Assembly: GCF_000023205.1 (NCBI RefSeq)
Contig: NC_012803.1
Span: 2,250,001-2,282,000 of the forward strand
DNA: 32,000 bases
Direction: 5' to 3'
DNA from: Micrococcus luteus NCTC 2665
GTDB lineage: Bacteria > Actinomycetota > Actinomycetes > Actinomycetales > Micrococcaceae
Shown: positions 22,086 through 30,519 of the stretch, piece by piece
How the letters are laid out: each line of letters starts with the position of its first letter
Numbering within the stretch: position 1 is the stretch's first letter
Made by a program: the position numbers and the translations under genes
Notes under the pieces: model-generated
Databases searched by the model: none
What the model was told of the DNA's origin: nothing
What the model saw: only the letters and a program-made list of their open reading frames with translations

Positions 22086-23771
22086 ATGGCGTCCACACAG
22101 CCCTCCCCCGTCCCCGCCGGTGCCACGCCGGCGCCCCACACCTCCCCCCTCGGCTTGTCCCTGCCGGAAGGCCGGGGCCGTCGCGTCCTCGTCACCGGTG
22201 CCACCGGGTACGTGGGCGGGCGCCTCATCCCCGAGCTGCTCGCCGCCGGCTTCGACGTCCGGGCCGGCGCCCGCAACCCCTCCGACCTCGCGGACCGGCC
22301 GTGGTCGGACAGCATCGAGGCGGTGGAGCTCGACCTCACCGAGGCGGACCTCGTCGAAGCCGCCATGCAGGACGTGCACACCGTGCTCTACCTCGTGCAC
22401 TCCATGGGCGGGGGCGGCGACTTCGTGGCCCAGGAGCAGCGGATCGCGGACATCGTGGGCACCGCCGCGGACACGGCCGGCGTGGCCCAGCTCGTCTATC
22501 TCTCCGGCCTGCACCCGGACACGATCCCCGTCGCGGAGCTGTCCGACCACATGCGCTCCCGCGCGCTCGTGGCCGAACGTCTCGAGCGGGCGGCGACCCC
22601 GGCGCTGACGTTCGAGGCCGGGGTGATCATCGGCTCGGGCTCCACCTCGTTCGAGATGATCCGCCACCTCGCCGAGCGGCTGCCCGTGATGCCCGGCCCG
22701 TCCTGGCTGAAGAACCGGGTGGAGCCGCTGGCGATCCGCGACGTCCTGTACTACCTGCTGCAGGCCTGCGCCCTCCCGGAGCCCGTGCAGCTGAGGGCCC
22801 AGATCGGCAACGGACATCCCCAGTCGTTCGCGAGTGTGCTGGTGGACTATGCCAAGGCCGCCGGCCTGTCCCGGCGCATCGTGATCCCCACCCCGTTGCC
22901 CTTGAAGACCCTGGCGGGCTTCTGGATCGGCATGGTGACCCCCATCCCGGTCGCGGTGGCCCTGCCCCTGGCCGCATCGCTCGCCGAGGAGGCGGTCGTG
23001 GAGGACCGCTCGGTCCGCGACCTCATCCCGGACCCGCCGGGCGGGCTGACCTCCTACATGGACGCCGTGCGGCTGGCGCTGAAGCGGGAGAAGGAGGGCC
23101 CCCTGGACGTCACCTTCGACGCGGACCTCCAGAGCTCCGCGGGCCCGGCCGCCCCCCTGCCCTCGGATCCCGAGTGGGCCGGCACCACGGTCTACACGGA
23201 CGAGCGCGAGCGCGAGTCCGACCTGCCCGCGCAGGAGGTGTGGCCGGTGATCGAGTCGGTGGGCGGCGCGAACGGATGGTATTCGACCCCGCTGCTGTGG
23301 AAGATCCGCGGGCTGATGGACAAGCTGGTCGGCGGGCCCGGCCTGACCCGCGGCCGGCGGGACCCGGACCACCTGCGACGCGGCGACGTGGTGGACTGGT
23401 GGCGGGTGGAGGACGTGGAGCCGGGGCGGCGGCTGACGCTGCGGGCGGAGATGAAGGCCGGCGGGCGGGCCTGGCTGCAGCTGGCCACCGAGCCGCGGGA
23501 GGGCGGGGGCTCCGTCTACCGCCAGCGGGCGGTCTTCATGCCGGACGGCCTGCTCGGACGCGCCTACTGGACCGCCATCCTGCCCTTCCACGCCGTGGTG
23601 TTCCCGGAGATGGCCGCGAACATCCTGGCCGAGGCCCAACGCCGGCACGAGGGCGGCGAGCGTCCCCGCACCCGCGGCCTGCTGCGGTCGCTGGTGGACC
23701 GGCTGCCCCTGCGTCGCAACCCGCTGGACAGGCGAGCGCGCGACGCCGACGGCGCTCAGTCCCGGGACTGA
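22086..23771 (+). CDS. NAD(P)-binding SDR/NmrA-like protein fused to a DUF2867-type C-terminal domain
   Basis: 561-aa ORF. The Rossmann motif VLVTGATGYVGGRL is followed by LVHSMG and YLSG blocks. The C-terminal half (WYSTPLLWKIRGLMDKLVGGPGLTRGRRDP...GDVVDWWRVE) resembles DUF2867. Confidence 0.7.
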   Translation: MASTQPSPVPAGATPAPHTSPLGLSLPEGRGRRVLVTGATGYVGGRLIPELLAAGFDVRAGARNPSDLADRPWSDSIEAVELDLTEADLVEAAMQDVHTVLYLVHSMGGGGDFVAQEQRIADIVGTAADTAGVAQLVYLSGLHPDTIPVAELSDHMRSRALVAERLERAATPALTFEAGVIIGSGSTSFEMIRHLAERLPVMPGPSWLKNRVEPLAIRDVLYYLLQACALPEPVQLRAQIGNGHPQSFASVLVDYAKAAGLSRRIVIPTPLPLKTLAGFWIGMVTPIPVAVALPLAASLAEEAVVEDRSVRDLIPDPPGGLTSYMDAVRLALKREKEGPLDVTFDADLQSSAGPAAPLPSDPEWAGTTVYTDERERESDLPAQEVWPVIESVGGANGWYSTPLLWKIRGLMDKLVGGPGLTRGRRDPDHLRRGDVVDWWRVEDVEPGRRLTLRAEMKAGGRAWLQLATEPREGGGSVYRQRAVFMPDGLLGRAYWTAILPFHAVVFPEMAANILAEAQRRHEGGERPRTRGLLRSLVDRLPLRRNPLDRRARDADGAQSRD

Positions 23772-24547
23772 CCGTCGGGGCCACGCCCCCAGCGGGACCG
23801 GGGGTGTGCCCGGGCCGCCCGGCGCAGCCAACGCCGCCCGGGGGACAGTCGGGCCCAGTTGACCTGCAGGGTGGTGACCGCCATCCGGCCCTGCCGCACC
23901 CGCTGGCGCAGGGAGTGGAAGATGCGCCCGGCGACCTCCACCCGCAGGTCCGGATCGAACCGGATCCGGCGGCCGGCCAGGGCCAGCTGGAAGGACAGGT
24001 CCAGGTCATCGTGCACGTCCCCGCGTTCGCGGTGGACGCGGGTCCGCACAGCCTGCCACGCCTCGGCGCGCAGGGCGCAGTTGGAGCCCCAGACGGGGGT
24101 GGCCGCCACCGCGGCGCCCGCCCCCCAGCGGTACGTGCCGGTGTAGAGCGCCGCCCGCACCTGTCCCCGGAGGCCGGGCTGGTCGTGGAAGGTCCCCGGC
24201 CCGGTGAGGGCGTCGAGCCCGGGGTCGGCGTCGAACCGGGCCACGATCCGTTCGAGCCAGTCCGCGGGCATCCGCGTGTCGGCGTCGCAGCGCACCAGCA
24301 GCTCCCCGACCGCGGCGTCCAGGCCGGCGGCCGCCGCGGCCGGGACCCCGCGGCGCGGCTCGCGCACCACCCGCGCGCCGGCGGCGCGGGCGAGCACCGC
24401 CGAGTCGTCCACGCAGCCGTTGTCCACCACCACCACCTCCAGCGCCGGCCGGCTCTGGGCGGCCAGCAGCGCGAGGCACACGCGCAGGTGCTCGGCGTCG
24501 TCGAGCACCGGGACGACCACGGAGACCGTGGGGCGGGCCGGGGTCAC
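23756..24547 (-). CDS. crtX: Family 2 glycosyltransferase; last gene of the carotenoid operon (candidate C50-carotenoid glycosyltransferase)
   Basis: The GTG at 24547 overlaps the upstream stop (GTGA), inside track ORF 23756-25018. VSVVVPVLDDAEHLRVCLALLAAQS...EVVVVDNGCVDDS...RCDADT is a GT-A/GT2 signature. The crtX assignment rests on its position in the operon only. Confidence 0.7.
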   Translation of the reverse strand: MTPARPTVSVVVPVLDDAEHLRVCLALLAAQSRPALEVVVVDNGCVDDSAVLARAAGARVVREPRRGVPAAAAAGLDAAVGELLVRCDADTRMPADWLERIVARFDADPGLDALTGPGTFHDQPGLRGQVRAALYTGTYRWGAGAAVAATPVWGSNCALRAEAWQAVRTRVHRERGDVHDDLDLSFQLALAGRRIRFDPDLRVEVAGRIFHSLRQRVRQGRMAVTTLQVNWARLSPGRRWLRRAARAHPRSRWGRGPDGQSRD

Positions 24548-25095
24548 CGGGTGCGCCCCCGGCACACGGCGAGGGCGGCGCCGACCCCGGCGCCGACGAG
24601 ATCGGCGGCGAGGTCGCCGATGGTGTCCGTGTAGCCCACGCCGATCTCCGGGGTCACCGCCGTGTGCCCCCACCATTCGGCCAGCTCCCACACCACGCCC
24701 AGGGCCACGGCGGCGGCCGCGATCCCCAGCCCGGCCAGGCCCGGGCCGAGCAGCGCCACGGCCTGCCCGGCCTCGGTCCCCCGACGCCGGAGCCACGCCC
24801 CCACCACCAGTGCCGTCAGACAGGCGACCACGGCGGAGGCGGCGGCGTGCACGAGCAGGTCCAGCCACGGCACCCGCGGGTAGAGGCCGATGACGCTCAG
24901 CCACCCGGCCAGCAGCAGGACCGCCTGCGCGGCCCAGTCCAGGGCGCCGCCCGGGGCGAGCCAGCGGGTGAGCCACTGGGAGCCGAACACGAGCAGCATC
25001 GCCGCCGCGGACGGCCATCCGGCGTGCACCGCCGCGACCGGGACGAGGATCAGGCCGAGCGCGCGCAGCAGGTCTGCGGGGATCAACGGCAGCAT
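24544..25095 (-). CDS. Uncharacterised integral membrane protein encoded inside the carotenoid operon
   Basis: The ATG at 25095 (MLPLIPADLL) lies 1 nt after the crtYh stop (TGAcATG), and its own stop overlaps the GT2 start. The product is about 183 aa with 5-6 hydrophobic segments. The C-terminal WELAEWWGH...YTDTIGDLAADLVGAGVGA motif is not one I can assign to a family. Confidence 0.6.
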   Translation of the reverse strand: MLPLIPADLLRALGLILVPVAAVHAGWPSAAAMLLVFGSQWLTRWLAPGGALDWAAQAVLLLAGWLSVIGLYPRVPWLDLLVHAAASAVVACLTALVVGAWLRRRGTEAGQAVALLGPGLAGLGIAAAAVALGVVWELAEWWGHTAVTPEIGVGYTDTIGDLAADLVGAGVGAALAVCRGRTR

Positions 25096-25096
25096 G

Positions 25097-25450
25097 TCAG
25101 CGATCGTCCGGGTGGGGGCGGCGTCCCGGCCGACGGCCGCGCCGATCGGCACGACGGCTCGTCAGCAGCAGCCAGAGCGCCGGCAGCAGCAGGGCGGAGC
25201 CGAGCGGGTAGGCGAAGTCCTCCACGGGCGCCTGGCCCACGTAGGCACCCACCAGCAGCTCATGGCCGTAGTCGAAGAGCCCCGCGGCGATCATCACGTT
25301 GTCGAAGACCGCCGTGAGGGCCCACAGGGCCACCAGGGTGGCCGCCACGGCCCGCAGGTGCTCGCCCCGCACGCGGCCGACGAGGGCGGCGCCCACGAGC
25401 ACGGCCAGGGCGAAGCCCACGAAGACGAGGACGAGGTCGAGGAAGGTCAC
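25097..25450 (-). CDS. crtYh: C50 carotenoid cyclase small subunit (lycopene-cyclase-domain protein)
   Basis: 117-aa hydrophobic ORF with a GTG start that overlaps the crtYg stop (GTGA). The size and pairing match the heterodimeric CrtYg/Yh (CrtYe/Yf) cyclases of C50 pathways. Confidence 0.7.
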   Translation of the reverse strand: MTFLDLVLVFVGFALAVLVGAALVGRVRGEHLRAVAATLVALWALTAVFDNVMIAAGLFDYGHELLVGAYVGQAPVEDFAYPLGSALLLPALWLLLTSRRADRRGRRPGRRPHPDDR

Positions 25451-25809
25451 CGGCTCCCCCGGTCGGTCGGATCGGCCGCCGTCGCGGCACGGGCGTCACC
25501 TCGCCGGCCGCGCAGCAGGCGCAGCGCCCCGGTGAACAGCACCATCGTGATCTGGCTGAGGAAGAGCAGGAAGAACCCCTCCTCCAGGGGCAGCTGGGGG
25601 GCGAGCATCACCCCGGTCATGTAGGGCGACTGCCGGTGCAGGAACACGCCTTCGGCGATCCCCCACAGGTCCCAGGCGAAGAAGTAGGCCACCCCGGCGG
25701 CCAGCACCAGCAGCGCCGGGAGCGGGCGATGCCACAGGAACAGCTCGAAGCGCCGGTCCACCAGCAGCATGCAGCCGATGACACCCAGCAGGGCCAGCAG
25801 GTAGATCAT
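25447..25809 (-). CDS. crtYg: C50 carotenoid cyclase small subunit (lycopene-cyclase-domain protein)
   Basis: ATG at 25809 (MIYLLALLGV...) inside track ORF 25447-26427, overlapping the crtE2 stop (ATGA). The product is 120 aa. FAWDLWGIAEGVF and PLEEGFFLLFL are typical lycopene-cyclase-domain motifs. Confidence 0.7.
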   Translation of the reverse strand: MIYLLALLGVIGCMLLVDRRFELFLWHRPLPALLVLAAGVAYFFAWDLWGIAEGVFLHRQSPYMTGVMLAPQLPLEEGFFLLFLSQITMVLFTGALRLLRGRRGDARAATAADPTDRGSR

Positions 25810-26690
25810 GCCGCCGCCCCCCGGGTCAGCGCCCACCCGATCAGCAGCAGGGTCACGAGGAAGCCGGTCACGTAGTTCAGCGGAAGGAACAGCTGCCAGC
25901 CGCGGTGGGCCGCGCCCGAGGTGGCGTCCGTGATGCGGCGGAAGCGCAGGGTGTTCACCACGTAGGGCACGGCCAGCAGCGCCGCGAGCGGGCCCGGCGG
26001 GTCGGTGGCCAGCAGCAGCAGGCCCGCCGCCGCGTACAGGCCGGCGGCGAGCAGGACGGTGCGCCGAGCGCCCAGCACGGTGGCCACCGAGGCCAGGCCC
26101 CCCTCCCGGTCCGGCACCACGTCCTGCACCGCCCCGAACATCTGCGAGGCCATGCCCCACAGGAAGAACGCCCCCAGCAGCGCCGCCAGGGCGGGCGTGG
26201 GGGTCGCCCCGGCCAGCGCGAGGCCGTAGACCGCGGGGGAGACGAAGTGGGTGGCGGAGGTGGCGGCGTCCAGGAAGGGCCGCTCCTTGAACCGCAGCCC
26301 CGCCCAGGAGTACGCCACCACCGCGAACAGGCTCACCGCGAGCACCAGCACGGCGGCCCACTCGCCCCGCACGGCGGACCAGCCCGCGAGCACGGCCACG
26401 AACGGCACGGGCAGCAGCACCGACCACGCCAGCACCCGGCGGCGCACCGCGGGGTCGCCCAGCACGGAGCCCTCCACACCCCCCTTGCGGGGGTTGCGCA
26501 GGTCCGAGGCGAAGTCGAACACGTCATTGATGCCGTACATGGCCAGGTTGTAGGGCACCAGGAAGAACACGACGCCCAGGACCACCAGCCACGCGGGCAG
26601 CCCCCCGGTCAGGATCGCGGCGGCGGCGAACGGGTAGGCCGTGTTCACCCAGCTGACCGGCCGGGACACCCAGAAGAGGGTGCGGATCAT
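25806..26690 (-). CDS. crtE2: Lycopene elongase (UbiA-superfamily prenyltransferase)
   Basis: ATG at 26690 (MIRTLFWVSRP...) overlaps the crtI stop (ATGA). The product is polytopic, with the UbiA motif NDVFDFASD. Its position after crtI matches CrtE2/CrtEb. Confidence 0.8.
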   Translation of the reverse strand: MIRTLFWVSRPVSWVNTAYPFAAAAILTGGLPAWLVVLGVVFFLVPYNLAMYGINDVFDFASDLRNPRKGGVEGSVLGDPAVRRRVLAWSVLLPVPFVAVLAGWSAVRGEWAAVLVLAVSLFAVVAYSWAGLRFKERPFLDAATSATHFVSPAVYGLALAGATPTPALAALLGAFFLWGMASQMFGAVQDVVPDREGGLASVATVLGARRTVLLAAGLYAAAGLLLLATDPPGPLAALLAVPYVVNTLRFRRITDATSGAAHRGWQLFLPLNYVTGFLVTLLLIGWALTRGAAA

Positions 26691-28387
26691 GTGCCGCTCC
26701 CCCCGGGGCCCGCGGGCCGGGCCCTGCGCGCGTCGTGGCGCAGTTCGTCCCGGACCACTTCGGCGGAGATCAGGCACATGGGCACCCCGATTCCCGGGCG
26801 CACCGAGGAGCCCGCGTACATCAGGCCGGCCACGTCCGCGTCCCGCACCGAGGGGCGGAACATGGCCGACTGCGCCAGCGTGTGCCCGGGGCCCAGCAGC
26901 GAACCCCGCCAGGCGTGCACGTCCGCGGCGAAGTCACCGGGCCCGTAGGTGCGCCGCACCACGATGCGCTCGGCCAGGTCGGGGATCCCGGCCCAGCGGG
27001 CCAGCTGATCGAGGGCCCGGTCCGCCACGGCCTCCACCTGGGCGTCCCCGGCGCGGTCCACCCGCCAGCCCTGGCCGTCACGGACCCGGATGCCGCCGCG
27101 CCCCCACCCCGGCTCGGCGGGGGCCGGGACGAGGATGAAGAGGTTCTCGTCGCCCTCCGGGGCCACGCCCGGGTCCGTGGCGGAGGTGCGCGAGACGTAG
27201 ATCGACGTGTCCGCGGCGAGGTCCTCCCCCCGCTCGATGCGCCCGAAGTTGTCCTCCCAGTCCGCCGTGAACAGCAGGGTGTGATGGGCCAGCTGGGGCA
27301 GGGATCCGCGCACCCCCACGCACACGAGCACGCCGGAGGGGCCGGGGTCGCGCCGGTCCCACGTGGACTCCGCGACGCGCCGGCCGGGAGGCAGCAGACG
27401 GGTCTGCACGTGGTGCAGGTCCGCGGCGGCCACCACCACATCGGCGTCGAGGCGTCCCGCGGCGCCGTCGTCGGACCGCCAGGCGACGCCGGTCACCCGG
27501 CCCGGGCGGCGACGTCGGCCCTCGTCCCCGCGGGCTGCTCCCGGCCTGGGCAGGCGGGCGGCCAGGCGTCCGAGGCGGCCGGCGGGGGCGGGACGGTCCG
27601 CGACCTCCACGGCGGTCGCCTCGACCCCGGTGCGGATCTCCACGCCGGCCTCGCGCACGACCTCCGCCATGGCGTCCACGAGGGCCGCGAACCCGCCGAG
27701 GGGGTACTGCACGCCGTCGGCGAGGTCCAGATGGGACATCAGGTGGTACATGGCGGGGGCACGGTCGGGGGACGTGCCGAGGAAGACCGCCGGGTAGCCC
27801 AGGATCTGGCGCAGCCGGGGGTCCTGGAAGCGGGCCGCGACGTGGGAGCGCAGGCCCCCCAGCAGCTGGGGCCCGAGGGCCGGCAGGGCGCGCAGGACGT
27901 CCGGGTGGGCCAGGGCGGCCGGCCGGCGGAAGTCCGTGTAGAGGAAGTGCTCCTTGGCGAGCCCGTAGATCCGGGACGCGGAGTCGAGGTAGGCCCGCAG
28001 CCGGCGCCCGGCGCCGGGCTCGAGGGACTCGAACAGCGTCTCCGCGTGGCCGGTGCGCACGTCCACGGGGGGCTCGTGGAGGTGCCCCTCGAAGTACACC
28101 CGGTAGCCGGGGTCCAGACGGCGCAGGTCCAGCCGTTCGGCGGCGGAGGTCCCCATGAGGCGGAACCAGCGGTCGATCACCTCGGGCATCAGGTACCAGG
28201 AGGGCCCGGTATCGAAGGTGAACCCCGCCTCGGACCAGCGTCCGGCACGGCCGCCCAGGACGGCGCCGCGCTCCAGCAGCGTCACCCGGTGCCCGTCGCG
28301 GGCCAACAGGCCCGCCGTGGCCAGTCCGGCGAAACCGCCGCCCACCACCACGGTGCGCGGGCCGAGAGCGGTGTCCCGGGCGCTCAT
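26687..28387 (-). CDS. crtI: Phytoene desaturase
   Basis: ATG at 28387 (MSARDTALGPRTVVVGGGFAGLATAGLLARDGHRVTLLERG) has an FAD-binding GxGxxG fold. The C-terminal YAGSSVRPGIGVPMCLISAE is typical of CrtI. The start overlaps the crtB stop (ATGA). Confidence 0.9.
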   Translation of the reverse strand: MSARDTALGPRTVVVGGGFAGLATAGLLARDGHRVTLLERGAVLGGRAGRWSEAGFTFDTGPSWYLMPEVIDRWFRLMGTSAAERLDLRRLDPGYRVYFEGHLHEPPVDVRTGHAETLFESLEPGAGRRLRAYLDSASRIYGLAKEHFLYTDFRRPAALAHPDVLRALPALGPQLLGGLRSHVAARFQDPRLRQILGYPAVFLGTSPDRAPAMYHLMSHLDLADGVQYPLGGFAALVDAMAEVVREAGVEIRTGVEATAVEVADRPAPAGRLGRLAARLPRPGAARGDEGRRRRPGRVTGVAWRSDDGAAGRLDADVVVAAADLHHVQTRLLPPGRRVAESTWDRRDPGPSGVLVCVGVRGSLPQLAHHTLLFTADWEDNFGRIERGEDLAADTSIYVSRTSATDPGVAPEGDENLFILVPAPAEPGWGRGGIRVRDGQGWRVDRAGDAQVEAVADRALDQLARWAGIPDLAERIVVRRTYGPGDFAADVHAWRGSLLGPGHTLAQSAMFRPSVRDADVAGLMYAGSSVRPGIGVPMCLISAEVVRDELRHDARRARPAGPGGSGT

Positions 28388-29280
28388 CGGCGGCCTCCCC
28401 GGCGGCCCCGTGCCAGGACGCGGGCGGCGATCCGGGCCTTCTGATGGTCCGGCACCCGGACACGGCGGTGGGCCAGCTCGGCCGCCGGGGTCGCCTCGAT
28501 CCGGTCCACCAGGGCCGCGAACAGTCCGTGCGCCAGGGCCACGGCGCGCCCGGCCCCGGGGTCCAGGACACGGATGCCGGGCAGGGCGGCGTCGAGGTCG
28601 GCGCGGACCTCGGCCACGAGCTCGGCCTTGCGGGCCTCGGTGAGCACGCCCGGTGCGGCACCGGGCAGGTAGGTGCGGCCCAGCTCGTGGTGGTCCGCGG
28701 CCAGGTCCCTGAGGAAGTTGACCTTCTGGAACGCCGCCCCCAGCCGGGAGGCCTGCGCGCGCAGCTCCTGCCGCTGGCCCGGGGTCCGGGCCCGCGTGCC
28801 GGGGAGGGAGAGGAAGACCTGCAGGCACATCAGCCCCACCACCTCGGCCGAGCCGTGGATGTAGGCGTCCAGGGACTCGGCGCCGTGCTCGCGGATCCCC
28901 AGGTCCGCGCGCATGGAGGCGAAGAAGGGACGGGTCAGCTCCGGGGTGATGCCGTGGCGACGGGCCACGTCGGCGAAGGCGTGCAGGACCGGGTCGGTGG
29001 CGAAGCCCGACGCCATCGCGGCCTCACACGCCCGCTCGTAGTCGTCCAGGGCGGCGCGGACCCCGGCCTCGTCGAGCCCGGCGGCCACCGCGACGCCGTC
29101 GACCACCTCGTCGGCGACGCGGACCATGGCGTAGATCGTGGCCACGTCCTGGCGTGCCTGCCGGGGCAGGGTGCGGCAGGCCCAGGAGAAGGACGTGGAG
29201 TAGCGGCGGATCACCTGGGCCGCTGCGGTGTGGGCCGTCCGCGTGTACAGCGCGGCAGGGCTCGGGGTGGGCGCGGCCAT
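28384..29280 (-). CDS. crtB: Phytoene synthase
   Basis: 298-aa ORF. YSTSFSWACRTLP, YAMVRVADEVVD and NFLRDLAADHHELGRTYLP are squalene/phytoene synthase motifs. Confidence 0.9.
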   Translation of the reverse strand: MAAPTPSPAALYTRTAHTAAAQVIRRYSTSFSWACRTLPRQARQDVATIYAMVRVADEVVDGVAVAAGLDEAGVRAALDDYERACEAAMASGFATDPVLHAFADVARRHGITPELTRPFFASMRADLGIREHGAESLDAYIHGSAEVVGLMCLQVFLSLPGTRARTPGQRQELRAQASRLGAAFQKVNFLRDLAADHHELGRTYLPGAAPGVLTEARKAELVAEVRADLDAALPGIRVLDPGAGRAVALAHGLFAALVDRIEATPAAELAHRRVRVPDHQKARIAARVLARGRRGGRR

Positions 29281-29281
29281 C

Positions 29282-30358
29282 TCAGGACCTCCGGGTCAGC
29301 ACGGCGTGGCAGGCGTCGGCGAACTCCGCCCGGACCGTCTCGTCCAGGGGCAGGGCCGCGATGCGCTCGCGGGCGCGGACGGTGAGCTCGGCGGCGACGT
29401 CGAGGGCGTGCTCCCGGGCACCGGCCGCCTCGAGGGCGCGGCGGGCGGCCTCGATGTCCGCGGGGGTGGCCGGGCCCGCGTCGAGCAGGGCGCGGACGGC
29501 GGGGATGCGGCGGCCGTGGGCGGTGAGCACGGTGGCCTTGCCCTCGCGCAGGTCGCCGTCGGCGGACTTGCCGGTCTCCCCGGGATCGCCGAACACGCCG
29601 AGGACGTCGTCGATCACCTGGTAGGCGGCGCCGAGGTCGGCGCCGGCCTCGCCCATCGCCCGGGCGAGGTCGGGATCCGCCCCGGCCAGGAGGGCGCCGG
29701 CGCGCAGGGGCGCGCCGACCGTGTAGTGCGCCGTCTTGAGCCGTTGCATGGCGAGGATGCGGTCGGGATCGGGCTCCTCACCGGTGTGGCGGGACAGCCC
29801 CAGGAGCACGTCCTCGAGCTCGCCGGCCGCAGTCACGGCGGCGGCGTCGAAGACGACGGCGGCGGCCTCGGCGGCCCGGGCGGTGTCGGCGGCACAGGTG
29901 GCGGCGAGCCGGAACGCCTGGGTGAGCAGGACGTCCCCCGCGATGAGGGCGACGGCGACCCCGGCGTGGGCGGCGTCCGCGGCGGGCACCCCGCGGGCCT
30001 CGAGGCGGTGCCGGGCGGAGGCGTGCACGGCGGGCTGGCCGCGCCGCAGCACGTCCCGATCGATGACGTCGTCGTGGACGAGCAGCGCGGTGTGCAGCAG
30101 TTCGAAGGCGGCCCCGAGTCGGTCGACGGCAGCGCGGCCGGACGGAGGGACCGGGTCGGCGGTCGCCAGGCGCCAGCCGAGCTCGACGAGACGGGGGCGG
30201 ATGAGCTTGCCGGCGCCCACATGGACGTGGAGCGAGTCGAGCAGCTCGGCGAAGGCGGCGGATCCGGGCGCCTGGGCCGCGGCGTGTCGGAGCGCGGCGT
30301 CCAGCTCGGCGGTCACCCCGGAGAGCGCGGCCTCGCCGCCCGTCCTCGCTTCACCCAT
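29282..30358 (-). CDS. crtE: Geranylgeranyl diphosphate synthase (polyprenyl synthetase family)
   Basis: The ATG at 30358 is preceded by GAGGAGG, inside track ORF 29282-30403. The first and second Asp-rich motifs are LVHDDVIDRD and QVIDDVLGVFGD. It is the first gene of the operon. Confidence 0.85.
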   Translation of the reverse strand: MGEARTGGEAALSGVTAELDAALRHAAAQAPGSAAFAELLDSLHVHVGAGKLIRPRLVELGWRLATADPVPPSGRAAVDRLGAAFELLHTALLVHDDVIDRDVLRRGQPAVHASARHRLEARGVPAADAAHAGVAVALIAGDVLLTQAFRLAATCAADTARAAEAAAVVFDAAAVTAAGELEDVLLGLSRHTGEEPDPDRILAMQRLKTAHYTVGAPLRAGALLAGADPDLARAMGEAGADLGAAYQVIDDVLGVFGDPGETGKSADGDLREGKATVLTAHGRRIPAVRALLDAGPATPADIEAARRALEAAGAREHALDVAAELTVRARERIAALPLDETVRAEFADACHAVLTRRS

Positions 30359-30519
30359 GGCGCCTCCTCGGTGGCGGACACGACGCGGCACCGACCGCCG
30401 CACCTGTTCGACCGTCTAACTTCTGGACGCAGAAGACACTACGGGCCGCGCCGGTCCCGCGTCCATCCGCGGCGGTCCCGGGCGGCGCGATCTCACGACG
30501 CACGGGGCCGCCGGCGGGA

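Noticed and set aside
20084-24634. 1516-aa plus-strand ORF, the longest in the six-frame track
   Set aside because: It is antisense to the well-supported SNF2 helicase. It also runs out of frame through the SDR-DUF2867 gene and antisense through the GT2 gene. Its composition is dominated by Arg/Gly/Pro/Ala/His with no recognisable motif. This is the classic stop-codon-poor artefact of very GC-rich DNA.
26735-28444. 569-aa plus-strand ORF, plus the 527-aa alternative-frame minus-strand ORF at 27078-28661
   Set aside because: The plus-strand ORF is antisense to crtI and the minus-strand ORF is out of frame with it. crtI has an unambiguous FAD-binding N-terminus and a CrtI-type C-terminus.
30418-30447. 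CTTCTG-GACG-CAGAAG palindrome upstream of crtE as a carotenoid regulator operator
   Set aside because: The arms are only 6 bp, no regulator gene is nearby, and I cannot assess conservation. It is noted as a place to look if the crt promoter is mapped.
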